Shown: piece after piece, positions 49,930-63,350 of the stretch
How positions within the stretch are numbered: position 1 is the stretch's first letter
Layout: each line of letters begins with the position of its first letter
Made by a program: the position numbers and the translations under genes
The notes under the pieces: generated by a model
Databases searched by the model: none
What the model saw: only the letters and a program-made list of their open reading frames with translations
What the model was told of the DNA's origin: nothing
Assembly: GCA_024679065.1 (NCBI GenBank)
Contig: JAGIQG010000011.1
Coordinates: forward strand, 42,532,001-42,596,000
DNA from: Sphyrna mokarran
Taxonomy: Eukaryota
Length of the DNA stretch: 64,000 nucleotides
Direction: 5' to 3'

Positions 49930-50690
49930 TGTGGAGATGCTGGTGTTGGTTTGGGGTAAACACAATAAACATCAGGTTAAAGTCCAACAAATTTTATTTG
50001 ATAGTAAACCCATAAGCTTTTGGAGTTTGCCCTTTGTCAGGTGAGTGAAGAGTTCTGGTCTCAAATGGAGCATTTAAAGGCACACACAGTTTACAGAATA
50101 CTGATTAGAATGTGAACCTTTACAGCTAATCAATTCTTAAAGATGCGGACAATGTGAGTGGAGATAGTATTAAGCATAGGTTAAAGAAATGTGTATTGTC
50201 CCCAGACAGGACAGTAAGTGAGATGTTGCAAGCCCAGGCAAGTCATGGGGGTTACAAGTAGTGTGACATAAACCCAAAATCCTGGTTGAGGCTGTCCTCA
50301 TGTGTGCGCAACTTGGCTATTAGTTTCTGCTCAGTGATTCTGTGCTATTGTATGTCATGAAGGCTGCCTTGGAGAACATTTACCCAAAGATTAGAGCCAA
50401 ATGCTGGTAACCACTGAAATGCTCACCAATAGGAAAGGAACAGTCTTGCCTGGTGAGTCTAGCCAAGGGAGACTATACATATCTCTTTAACCTATGTCCA
50501 CATCTTTTAAGAATTGGTTAAGACAATTGATTAAAAGAACTGTAAAGACTCACATTCTAATCAGTATTCTGTAAACTGTGTGTGCCTTTATATGGTCTGT
50601 TTGAGACCAGAACTCTCCACTCACCTGACAAAGGGGCAAACCCTGAAAGCTTGAAGGTTTATTATCAAAAACTTCTTTGATTTTAACCAT
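49930..50690. mobile_element. inverted pair of PLE 3' ends (EN C-terminus + pLTRs), HHR remnants in both arms
   Basis: 49930-50457 (-) and ~50460-50690 (+) are reverse complements. CTGACAAAGGG(G)C...(G/A)AAAGCTT in each arm. Confidence 0.8.
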
Positions 50691-51704
50691 CATGCCATTC
50701 CAGATCACCACCACCTCAAGCACAAATAAAGATTGGCAATAAATGCTGGCTTAGCATGCAATACCTGCATCTCATAGATTAAATTTCAAAAATTGTTTCT
50801 GATCACTGTCACTATGTATCACCAACTCTGGACTCGTGTCACGTCCTTCTAATGTGCTAATAGCTCAATTGACAGAGTGTGGGCTCATCAGATGTCACGC
50901 AGCCATTTCTTCCGCTTCCTGATTGAGGGGTGAGTGACTGGCATTGGGAGCTGTGTGAGAGACAAAAGGAGTTAATGAGATCCAGCTTGTTGCATTGTGG
51001 AAGCACACTCTGATGCAAGCCGTTGCCCTTTAACCATAACTGCACTGCTCTTATTGTGCCAACTCCACCTCACACTCCCTCTCATGCCAATGTCCCATTG
51101 TGCTCATTGAACTAACTGCATTGCCTCTAACAGTACAAAATTCCTCCACAACTACCATTAGTACCTTTTTACAGATGATTCACCATTTCATGCCAAGTAG
51201 GCACCCTGGCTATCTGCATTTGTACTGACATGAGAAATGGAAAAAAAATGCGTATAAGACATCAGTTTTGAATGGTCTCTCACACATTTGTGTGCTCACA
51301 TTCATGTTCTCTATTTCATCGATGACTAATTTGAGGGGAGGGGATGACAAAATATATCTAGAAAAATGCAGGGTAGCCTTGTGTTTGTTCCTGTGATGGA
51401 TGGCATGCAATGCTGCCAACCACTATCCTATTGTCTTACATCCTGAGCCACTCTCTTATAGAATGAGGTTGTGCAGCTGTGAGGGTCCAGGTCAAAGAGT
51501 ATCCTGAGAGATGGTCAGAACACAGGTAAGCAGAAGGTAAAGACCATGAGGTGAGAAAGAGTAGAATGGTCCCTGCAAGAAGGATGTTTACCTTGTCCAG
51601 GGTGTCCAGAATAAAGGATGGCAGTTTCACATTAAGAGTAAGACCACCTAGGACTCAGCCTTATTGGAGCCTGTGCAATTGGAAGGTGTGGATTGATTCC
51701 TACT

Positions 51705-53732
51705 CATAGTAAGAAGTCTCACAACACCAGGTTGAAGTCCAACAGATTTATTTGGTAGCAAAAGCCACTAGCTTTCAGAGCGCTGCCCCTTCGTCAGTAA
51801 GTGTTCACAAACAGGGCACATAAAGACACAAACTCAATTTACAAAATAATGGTTGGAATGCGAGTCCTTGCAGGTAATCAAGTCTTAAAGTTTTAGACAA
51901 TGTGAGTAGAGAGAGCATTAAGTACAGGTTAAAGCAATAGAATCATAAAAATCAGTGAAACTCTACAGAGCAGAAAGAGGCCATCTGGCCCATCAAGTCT
52001 GCACCGAACACAATCCCACCCAGGCCCTATCCCCGTATTCCAACACATTTACCCACTAATTCCTCTAATTTCCGCATCTCAGGACACAAAGGGACAATTT
52101 TAGCATGGCCAGTCAACCTAATCCACACATCTCTGGACTGTGGGAGGAAACTGGAGCACCCAGAGGAGAATGTGCAGACTTCAGACAGTGACCCAAATCG
52201 GGAATTGAACCCAGGTCTGTGGAGTGGTGAAGCAGCAGTGCTAATCACTGTGTGTTTGCCTCCAGACCGGACAGTTAGTGAGATTTTACAAGCCCAGGCA
52301 AGTCATGGGGGTTACACATAGTGTGACAGGAACCCAAGATTCCGGTTGAAGCCGTCCTCGTGTGCGGAACCTGGCTATCAGTGTCTGCTCTGTGACTGCA
52401 TTATCGTGTGTCGTAAAGGCCACCTCGGATAATGCTTACCCGAAGATCAGAGGCCGAATGCCCGTGACTGCTGAAATGTTCCCCGACAGGAAGAGAACAG
52501 TCTTGCCTGGTCATTATTGACTGGTGTTCATTCATCCATTGTCACAGTGCCTGCATGGTCTCCCCAATATACCAAGCCTTGAGACATCCTTTCCTGCAGC
52601 GTATCAGGTAGACAACGTTGGCCGAATTGCAAGAATATGTACCGTGTACCTGGTGATAGTGTTCTCACGTGAGATCATGGCATTCATGTCGATGATCCAG
52701 CACGTCTCTCGGTAGTTTGTTGCATACAGTTACTTCCCTGGAATGGAGAAGCTATAACATCTCCGGAGTCTTCAGTGTGTCATTGATGAAGATGAACATC
52801 TTGCCAAGGCCATCTCCATATCCCCACTTCTTGCCTTCAAACAACTGCATAACCTCAAACAGACCACTGTCTGCAGCAAGCTACCCAGCCTTCAGGAGAA
52901 TAGTGTCCACGGCATCACAACCCTGCCACAGCAATCTCTGTAAAATGTGTGGGATCATCGACAAGGATGCCATCATCGTTGAGAACACCATCCACCAGGA
53001 TGCCATCATCGTTGAGAACACCGTCCACCATCACGTGAGAACACCGTCCACCAGGTACACGGTACATACTTTTACACCTCGGCCAATGTTGTCTACCTGA
53101 TATGCTGCGGGAAAGGATGTCCTGAGGCATAGTACACTGGGGAGACCATGCAGATGCTCCGACAACGGATGAATGAACACTTTCGACAATCACCAGGCAA
53201 GAATGTTCTCTTCCTGTTGGGGAACACTTCAGCGGTCATGGGCATTTGGCCTCTGATCTTCGGATAAGCTTCATGACACACAGCCTTCACAACACCCAGC
53301 AGTGCAGAGTCACTGAGCAGAGAGTGATAGACAAGTTCCGCACACATGAAGACAGTCTCAACCAGGATCTTCGGTTCATGTCACACCTACCTGTAACCTT
53401 CACGACTTGCCTGGGCTTGCAAAATCTCACTAACTGTTCTGTCTGGAGACAACACGCATATCTTTAAGTTGTGCTAAACACTCTCGCCACTCACATTGTC
53501 TGTACCTTTGAGATTTGATTACCTGTAAAGACTTGCATTCCAACCGTTATTTTGTAAATTAAGTTTGTTTTTGTATGCCCTGTTTGTGAACAGAGCTCCT
53601 ACTTATCCGATGAAGGCGCAGCAGTCCGAAAGCTGTGGTGTTTGCTACCAAATAAACCTGTTGGGCTTTAACCTTGTGTTGTGAGACTTCATACTGTGTT
53701 TACTCCAGTCCAACACTGACATCTCCACATCC
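51705..53732. mobile_element. inverted pair of PLE 3' fragments (GIY-YIG + pLTR) with a nested SINE
   Basis: Minus arm 51705-~52710, plus arm ~52715-53732. QPCHSNLCKMC and EQRVIDKFRTHEDSLNQDLRFMSH. HHR motifs at ~51765-51800 (-) and ~53603-53638 (+). Confidence 0.85.
51938..52251 (-). mobile_element. HE1-like SINE inserted in the PLE pLTR
   Basis: Reverse-complement SINE. The PLE sequence resumes at ~52252. Confidence 0.8.
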
Positions 53733-54439
53733 TGATTGCTACTGAACAATCTATAGTGCAGGTGAGGAACTCTCCATGAGTGAACTTCTGGTAATCTTTA
53801 AACCTTTTCAGCATAATAAAGATGTCAAGGACTATGGGTTTGCTATGGGGTATCAGGAATACAATCTTCCTTGATCATTTTGCATGCAAGGGAAGTCTCA
53901 AAGCCAGATGCCATTCTCACTGCCCTTCTCTGGTTCTGCTTGAAAGAGTTCTCTGTAAGGTCTTTCCTCTGTTGGGAGCAGGTGTGAGGGTGACAGGAGT
54001 GAAACCCCGCCAAGGTAAATTTTGATATTGCTTCCAAATTTTTGTGCATAAGGACATTGTGAGGGTGTGGGGAAAAAATGTTATTTTTATTAAGAAGAGC
54101 CCAAGATTGTGGGTGAACAGAGTGCTTTGCATGTTCTAATGTGAACATTTAGTTCTGGGATTCTATATAACAGCATAGTTTGGCACATGGAAAGGATCAG
54201 ACCACCAACAAAACAGACATTAAGTCAATTGCAATTTAATTCAGCTGCCATAAATCAAATTGCATATTAGAGCAAAACATAATGTCTGTTACCACTAAGG
54301 AGCTTGGCTCTGCTAACCAACAGAGGATGGAAAATCAAATAATAAAGGAAATGTCTTGGCAGCATATTCTGCCTGGAATCTGTTAGCTGTCTGATTATGA
54401 TGGATCTCTCTGCTTGGTTGCAACCCTGGAATGAGCTGT

Positions 54440-55500
54440 AAATGCATATCAGCGGTGTCCCTCATCACTCACCATCATCGTCAGAGGAGACATCTCGATC
54501 CTCCATGTCTCCCTCAGCTGGGACATATTCTGTTTGTAACACCGCCTTGCAGAGAGCAGAAGGGAACAATGATCTATGATACTGTTTTGGAGAGACTATT
54601 CTCAGCAGTCTAGATATCTGAACCTCATATTTAGGAAGTTTATCGACTACTAAATCATGGACCTGTGGAAACCTATGTGACATTGAACCTGTCAACAGTG
54701 GCACTCTGCTAATGATGAACTGGCAAGATTAGTCAGATCCTCTGGGGGATCTTTTGTCCTGAAGGAGTCAGCCCTACAATTGCGAAGGTCTTTCAAAATG
54801 TTATGGCATTAGGGAATGTTCAGAATGTAGGCATCCTGAGAGCTTCCTAGGAACTAAACACAAACACACAGGATTAATGTTCTATGATCACATATCAGCT
54901 GCACATTCAAATAATGGAAATCTTTCCTATTGATGAATGTGACTGATTATTGCCCAGGGAGCTCTGCAGATCAAGTGTGCAGTCAATGGGCCGTTGCATT
55001 GGCATGAACCCTGCAAAACACAATGTTCTTGCAGCTTGGCTTTTGGGGTCTAGGGTGAGATTGAACAAATTGGTGTGCTCTGCTGAACAGAGCATTTGTC
55101 ACCTTCAGGGTGCACCTGTATTTTGCTAGAAGTGGCTCTGAGATCGCTAGTGGAGCCCTGAAAGGAGCCATGAACAAAGTAATTGAAGGCATCAGTGACC
55201 TTTAATACCACCGGCATAGGATTATCTCCAAGTCTTTCAGAGGTGGTTCTTTTGGAGAAGCTACCAGATGTGAGCAACCACATTCCAGGGCATTACCTAT
55301 TGCTCATTTATAGAAGGGTACAGCACCTGTGGTATACTTGATGAATGGTACAATGCCGCACATGTTTCCACAGATACATGATTGCCATCACACTGGCCCC
55401 TGGCTGCCAGTATCCTAAATTTCTTGAGGTGCTGCTGTCTCTTGCTGCTCAGACTTTTGCACCAATCCCATCTCATCTGGATAAGAATCACAGGATTCTG
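54440..55500 (-). pseudogene. Harbinger/PIF (HARBI1-like) transposase remnant
   Basis: PVVLKVTDAFNYFVHGSFQGSTSDL, then DAYIL, a degenerate LLxDKxxP and MRFRYLD segments on the minus strand. Confidence 0.75.
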
Positions 55501-57267
55501 TGGTTCATATCCAGATGCTAATGGCAGGATTGCCTGAAGCATGCTCCGTCCAAGCCTCAGTAGATTTGTGAAACAGTTGCAGAAGTTGGGCTAGTCGGCA
55601 TATCCTTTTCTGATTTGTCTCTGTCTTGGAACCATCATGCCAGTGTACTTGGCTTCTGTCTAAATGTGGCAAAAATCACCCTCCCACTTTCAGCTGGTGG
55701 ACATCCTGGAGGGACAGAGATGTTCCTCCGTTTATACATGATTGTACAAAGACGTTGTTCTTTGACTGGGGTGATGATATCATGCACGAGAGTCCTTCTT
55801 CAGATTTCATTCAGCTTGCTTCCATTACCATCAGGACTTTATAGAGAGTCTATTGCCTTTGCAGCATTGAAAGACTTGCCAATGAGCTGTTGTGAGTGAT
55901 GACCATTCACTTTGGAGGCATCCATCTCCTTCCCTCCCTTGTGTCTGCCTTTGACACCAGCAAATGGCAAATTGCACAGAATTGATGGCTGCTGCAGATT
56001 ATGCTGGGACCTCTTGAGATCCAAGATCAGGAAGCAAACTGTTGCTGTGTGGACATCACCAGGGAGATGAGAATCAAACTAAGCATTGTACTCATCAAAT
56101 TGCCTCATAATCATCAGCATGTCCTGTTAGTCAGCCAGTTGTGTTCCATCTTGAACTCCATTCACCCACTCCTTACAAAGATGTGCAAGTGCAGGGCAAT
56201 TATGTTGCCAAGAAAAGCCTTGAAAAAAATGGTGTATGTGACTATCCAGGCAGCTCCACCATCTACTCTCCCCTGTCAGCTATCAACTGTCCCCATTCAC
56301 CTTTGACACATCTAATTAACGATTCCTCTTCCCTCTGTTACCCTTCAACCTTCCCACATAACCTTGCAGAAAATACCGTCGCCTTCCCTCCCTTCTGAGA
56401 CCACCCATGCTCACCTTGACTCCTCCCATTATCAGAGCCACCTGTTTTGTCAATTTGTGACCCCAATCCATGAGGGGTTCAGCTGGCCAATTATCAGCGT
56501 GAATATGCCACCTTATCACTTTCTACTCCTGCCTTTCACTGTGGCTGTTCTGTCTGCAGCCTGTACCCTCAGTTCAACCCAATGGGATCATTGTAGATGA
56601 CTATCCATTGCCAGGAAGCCTCCTTCCCAGTTGACCCAAATCCAACATTCAAGCCCCTTCATTCAATCCCACATCTCTGCACCCTTGCATTCCCTCGCAG
56701 CTTCTCTCTTTGCCCCAGTCATTTTGCTTTCCTTCCCCAGACAGCTTAGCCTTATCAGCTGGGCTCTGCTTTCTTTGATTGGGAACTTTAGGGAGTTTTT
56801 GTTTGAGCTGAGCTTCAGAGCAAATATAAACTGGTACTTTTGAACATTATAGTACTTTTATAGATTATGTGGCTCTCTAGGTCAGAAGCTCTGAGTTCAA
56901 GTCCCACTCCAGGAGTTCTTGGCCACAGAAGGACTTCTCATGACATGGCTGAGAAGGTTGATAATCCTTCCATGACATGCAGTAGGCACGAGGGAGATTC
57001 GTGGTCAGCCATTACTGGCAACGTACTTTGCAGAACTACTATTAAAAGCACGAAGAGAATTACAGCCTACGCTTGAAAAAGGAGAAATTATGTAACAAAT
57101 TGGGATTAGGAGGTCTGGAATGTTACAACGAAGTTCCATCTCACATTGCAAATTATGTAATGCTTAGCTTATGGCTTCTCTGAGCCAACCCAGCTGACCA
57201 AATTTCTGCATCTTCTGAAGGGCAGTTATATGTCACAAATGAAGACAAAACACGTAGAGTCTGTCTT

Positions 57268-57570
57268 AGAATCCATAGAACCATAGAATCCCCAAAATGC
57301 AGAGAGATCCATTCGGCCTATTGAGTCTTCACCGACTCTCCGAAAGAGTGTCTTACCTGGGCCCACCTACACTCTATCCCCACAACTCCACACATTTATT
57401 ATGGGTAATCCACCTAAGATGCATATCTTTGAACTGAAGGGAAGCCGGGGCACCTGGAGGAAACCCATGCGGACGTGGAGAGAAAGTACAAATTCCACAC
57501 AGTCACCAAGGAATTGAACCTGGGTCTCTGGCACTGTGAGGCTGCAATGCTAACTACTGTGTCATCATGC
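57268..57570 (-). mobile_element. tRNA-derived SINE
   Basis: (CATAGAA)n tail, GGAGGAAACCCATGC, GGAATTGAACCTGGGTC. Confidence 0.78.
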
Positions 57571-57713
57571 GGATACTGTCTCCCTCATTAATTCTGTATA
57601 TGTTTAGGAATTGTCAATACCAAATGGTGGAAAATTGCCAATAATAAATGCTGTTTGCTTAAGAAAATGTAGTTTCTTTATTGGTAATGTTCTTCAACTT
57701 TTTTTGTACACAG

Positions 57714-57752
57714 AAAATGATGAATATAAGCCTCCTGTTTGGAAATCTTACC
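57714..57752 (+). CDS. CHN1: chimaerin-1 coding exon 2
   Basis: tttttgtacacag|...|gtaagt. Encodes (E)NDEYKPPVWKSY(L), matching alpha2-chimaerin DTDEYRPPVWKSYL. Confidence 0.92.
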
Positions 57753-60297
57753 GTAAGTACCAATTTATTTTAATTAAAATTCCAATTGGAAGACTTAATG
57801 TGGACATGCATTATTTGCAAAAGCAAGTTCCCCTGAACAGCCTCTTCGGTTTTCTGACATGTTTTCCCATTTCTCAAATTTTCAAGTTGTAAGGTAGCTC
57901 ATAAGTCAGTTGTCTTTTGGTATCTATGCAGCTATACCTAGGCAGAATATAGTTCTGGTTCCCATCCTATGCTTTTGTACTAAAGTGAAGAGAAAAAAGT
58001 AAACTTAAGTTTCTGACTGGAGTACTGTATTATAAAAAAACATTTATCAATTTCCTGGTGAACAAAGTGTCTTACAGTACTTTCAATAATTGTGTATAGA
58101 TTATCTGAAGACTTCTGAAATCTTAAAGTCTTGATAGCTCAATAGCTGTAGTGGTACAACATTCGATTTCCAACCAGAAGTTCACAAGTTCAAGTCACAG
58201 AGCTGCCTCTCACTGGAACTCACTTGCCTCAGTTGGGTGAGTTCTATGATTTATCAGCTGGGTCTTAATCAAAGTGCCACAAATGAATCAAGTGTACAAA
58301 TATTTGGAGGAAAAATGTAACAATGTTACTATCCCAGCTTGAATTATGTAGCCTTTTCATGTTTTCCTGATCATGGAAGAACACTGACCATGATATTGAG
58401 CTTTAAATCCATCCTTCATAATTTTACATGAAGAGGGGTGCATGATAATAAACTGAGCTCATGTGGTAGGTAAAGTGTGTGTTGAGGGAGAAGAAATAAA
58501 TGCTGCATACAGTTAAATATTAATTTCAAGGTGGTTGACTAGCACTGGACTTTTATGTAATACAGACTTGATCTGACCTGCGTTTTCGAGTGAATTGAAG
58601 TAAAGCATCATAAATTGTTACAGCACAGAAGGAGACCATTCTGCCCATCTGGCTGTTCAAATGAGCAATTCACCTAGTGCCACACTCCATCTTTACCCCG
58701 TAGCTCTGCACATTAGACAATCTAGTTCCCTCTTGAGTGCCTCGATTGAACCTGCTTCCACCACCACACTTATGCAGTGCATTTCAGACCCTAACCACTT
58801 GCTGAAAAAGCTTTTGCGCATGTTTCATTTGCCAGTAACATTAAATCTGTATCCTCTTATTCTCAACTCTTCAACCACTCAGAACACTTACTCCCAGATT
58901 TATTCTGTTCTGACTGCTCACAACACATATCCTCTCAGCCTCAATATGAAGACAAAATACTGCAGATCCCGATCCTCTGATTTTAGCTGTGCTGCTGCGG
59001 GGAAAAGCCAAGGTATTTGAGATTAATGCAGCGAACCAATGAGAACGGGAAATGCATTTGCAGGAGGAGTCATTCTATCAATACTCCAAAAAAAAGTCTG
59101 AAATGTAAGCAGTCAACCCCTTTGTATATCTTCAAAACAGGAGATAAAGAAAAGAAAAAATTCCAATAAATGCATTAATAACAAACTTCAGATCCTGAAA
59201 TACAAGAATCATAAATAAGGTTAGCTCAACATATTCATGTTGAGCACATCAAAGCATTTTTGCACCTAACTTATAATACAAATTGACTTGGGATTAAAGT
59301 TGCAAAGTGTATCTCCTAATTCCAGCAGTGTCCACATGATTTTTATTAATGTATAAATTGAAAAATTGGTATTTTCCTTCCATTGTGTAGAAGTATAGCT
59401 TTTTATTCTATTGTTATTATTCCAAAACTGTGTAATGCTAACAAGTAACAGGTTTCAAAATCTCACATATCATGCCTAAATTTGGTTGTAGGAAATGGAC
59501 CATTTTGCCTATGGTGCCACTTGCATATCATAGTCTCCTTCTGTAAAGGTATTGCTGCAGGTAACAGTCTGTAGCTGTTATATAGCTTTCTAAAGTGAAG
59601 AACAAAATGTTTATTTTCCAAATGCAAATATGATTGTGATCTACTATTGGCTGAATCGTGAGCTAACAGAATATTATAAGTTGAGAAGTGTCCTCGAAGC
59701 TATTTCGAAAATATTGGTGAGAAATGTTCAAAAGCTGAGAAGCATAACTGGTGCTCAATGAGTAGAATTGTTTTGTAAACAATTTTGTGTCAAATGTGTT
59801 AATCTAAGATGATAAGGATATACACCATTTCAGTTAGAGGACCTTTCTGAATTTTCCATTTTGTTTAAATGGGCTCAATTAGCACTTCAGCTACATTAAA
59901 ATAATAACATACAGTTGAGAAAGTCAAGACATATATAAGATTGTGAGCATAATGCCTAGAAAATAACTAAAACAAATCCACTTCCTCACCATTTCAAAGG
60001 ACTATAGGCTGGGATTTAAGTGCACTTCACTTAATTGGTTAAGATCAATCTTAAAACACAAACATTACTCCTGAAACGAGTGCTAGATTTTTGCAAGTGG
60101 AAGCAAGGTAAATGAGCCCTGTTGACGTCCACTGCAACCTACTTAAATATTATTTTGTTTTTGAAATTTGTTGATCTCTAAGGTTATCTTGTTTAGTTAA
60201 TATTTTATTTTACCCTCTTCTAAACTATTAACCATTAATAATTCTGTAAATCAGTTGTGTTTTAATTATAATTTAACTTTGGTTCTTCACTTCCCAG

Positions 60298-60353
60298 TGT
60301 ATCAGTTACAACAGGAAGCTCCTAATCCAAGGAGGATTACGTGCACATGTGAG
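60298..60353 (+). CDS. CHN1: chimaerin-1 coding exon 3
   Basis: cacttcccag|...|gttggt. Encodes (L)YQLQQEAPNPRRITCTCE. Confidence 0.92.
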
Positions 60354-61829
60354 GTTGGTTTCATATTGACCCTGTATCTTTGTAAATTTTTTGCTGGATT
60401 TACAGTCAACTGGTTTCTATCTTGTTCGTTTGTTTAAAATTATTTCAAATTATTCTTTAAGTACTTCAAAGCCAACAAAAATCTTAATACACAATAGCTT
60501 ATAAAGATTGTTTTCAAGTTTGAAACAAGTTCTGATTGAATGAAATATTCTTACATTTTCGCCCAGCTCTCAAATCAGACTCTTGTGATTGTAGGTCCAT
60601 TGCTCAAATAAACACAGAATTTAAAGAAAATTATCAATAAGGTGGTAGTCTCAGAGGGTCCACATAGTTAATGGGATGGGAAAATTGACATTCTAGACAG
60701 AGAAATGTGAGGTAGTATATTTTAGGAACATGAATAGTAAAAGGAAGTATAGCCTTAATGGTAATATGTTCAACAATGAATAAATGAATGTCTAGGTGTT
60801 CAGCCACATAAAATTTTAAAGGTGACATTACAGGTAATAAAGGGCATATGTGGTTCAGGGTTTTATATGTGAGAGCATTTTTTAATTTGATCGTTGAACA
60901 TAAAATGATGTTTAATTTGTGCAATATATTGATTAGGCCACCATTGGAGTATTGTTTATTGTTCTTGGTGACCCTTTTAGGAAGATATCAGAGTTGTTAA
61001 AAGATGTTGAACATTTTGGCTTTACTCCAGATATTTTCTCAATTTGTGCATCACAGATCCAATGTCAGGTGTTTACTTTTCATTGTCTCACATGTTTAGT
61101 TAAATGATAGGAGGATTGAGGAGTTACAATTGTTAATTTTTTTTTTGTTAAATGAACTGAACATTGAACTTAAGTCACTCCATTCGCAATTCTAGTTGCC
61201 TGAAGAAGGGACTGATAAAACCAGTAAGAAAAATCTAAAATTAGTTGGCTTGCTTTAGTTGTCAACTGAACAGGGTGACACTTAGAATTAATCTTATTGC
61301 AGTTTAGTTTTATTAAGTATTACTCATTATGACAAAAGAAATAAATATGCCCTACTGTCCTCTTGGCAAGCTTAAGTTTTTTGCTCAGAATTTCCTGTAT
61401 CTATAACTGGCATATCTTTGCTGTTTTTATGTTCCCCGAGCAGATCTTTGTGAACTGACTGTAGATTGTGTACTTTGGTCAATTTCCCACTGAACTGTAT
61501 AGAAAGCTTTAGATTTGATTTTTGATACTTTCCTAGCTCTCGGTGCAATTTAGAGCTACAAATTTAATCTTCTACTCTCTCTTTCTCCCCTTTCCTTCTC
61601 CTTTCTAGTAAGAGCCATTTGCAATATTTGCTTTCTACATATGGATAATAATGACAAAGTGATGTTTTATTCACCATTTCTTGTTGTTCTGAGAAGATGT
61701 AGCTAAAACTTTTCCTTAATACATCTTCTGTTAATACTGCTCCCCAAAAGATGTTGGATTTTTGTCCCAGCAACAATGAATACTATGTACCAAAGTTAGG
61801 ATGGTTCTGGGGTAGGGGAGGAAGAAATG

Positions 61830-62180
61830 TTTGGGCATTGGAGATTGAAGGGGATCTTGGAGGTGATCTCATGATCTTGCTGCTCTTGTCCTTGGTAGTG
61901 GTGGTTATAGGGCTGGGAGTTGTTGTTGACATAAGCCTGATGAGGTGTTACAGTGAAGCTTTTAGATGACACATTCTATAGCTACTGACAGTGGAGGGGT
62001 TGATATTATGCCCAGTGGAATGGCACTAATCAAGCAGATCACTCTGTTTTGAATGGTGTCAGACATCTGAGTAATGTAGCTGTATCTAATGAGGAAGGTG
62101 ATAAGTATTTTATTATACTCCTGAATTGAGTTTTGTACATTGGGAGGAGTCTGAGGATCCAAGAGTTGAGTCATTGATTG
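61830..62180 (-). mobile_element. degenerate CR1/L2-superclade LINE fragment
   Basis: Reverse-strand similarity to the 27.8-28.1 kb family. Confidence 0.45.
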
Positions 62181-63350
62181 CAGAAGAGTACATTAAGTTT
62201 CTATTATAGTTCTAGTATGCTGAATAATATTAAAATGAAGATAATTTGTTTTAATTCATCAGAAGAATTTATTTCAAGTTCTTATGTTGCAAACACACAA
62301 TCCTTTTGGGCTTTCAGTAAGATCTACTGAATATCTTAAAATAAATGTTTTTTTCCCATATAACAGTCCTCTCATTACACTAGTAAAAATTGATAAATAG
62401 TTCTTCATAAGGAAAGCATAATTCAAGCACCAAAATCAAATGTTTAACTCGTGTTAAAATATTTTTTCGTAAGTCTTATGATTCCAGTATGTAATAATTA
62501 ATAGTGTGCAGTTACAGGGCATTTTTGAAGATGTAACAGAGAACAAAGTCTTTCTTAACTCCCATAGTTATTTAATATTTGTATTGTGCTGAACCCTAAA
62601 ACTGAAGATTCTGAATTTGCTCATTATTGATGGTGGAAGTTTTGTTTCACTGTCTTTTGGTTAAACAGGAAAGTTAGCTAGAATTTCTCTTCCTGGTTAA
62701 TATTAACATTGGGTGAGAAATGGATTGAATTTGAGCCCCTATGAATTAAAGTATCTTGTACCTTGCCTTGTACATGAAGAATGGTCTGCTGATGAGTGGG
62801 AAATTCTTGGCAGTGTGACTCATTGCAATTATGGTAATTACAGGGTCTTTTTGGTTCAGGGACAAGATGAAACAAAAACTAAGTCATTTTAAGATGAGCA
62901 GAAATGTGCGACAATCATATAATCTGCTTGCAGAGTGCACACAGCTAAATTTAAAAAAACACGAAAATGGGACAAAGTCATTTGGCAAATAACATGACAT
63001 CCCAAGCATTACGCAGTTAAGATTGAGATATATTGTAGAAGTCATATAAATACCTCAAAAAAACTATTCTATATCATACTTAAGTCTTGAGGTTTCCAGA
63101 AGTTTGAAATAATCAACCTTTTAAACTCAAATGCTGGCTTTCAAATATACTTCTGAAATCACACCATTAGCTGCGGATTGTTGCTCAGTACTTTGACTAG
63201 TGCAGTAATGAATAATGCGGCACTCAGATTTGTTTATATCATGAACATATAGTTCCTAATTCATATTGGAATAATGTAACATCCTCCTTTTAATTTACTT
63301 TTGACGTATCAATTCTAATCATTAACTTTGTTTTGGCCTGGATCTTCTAA

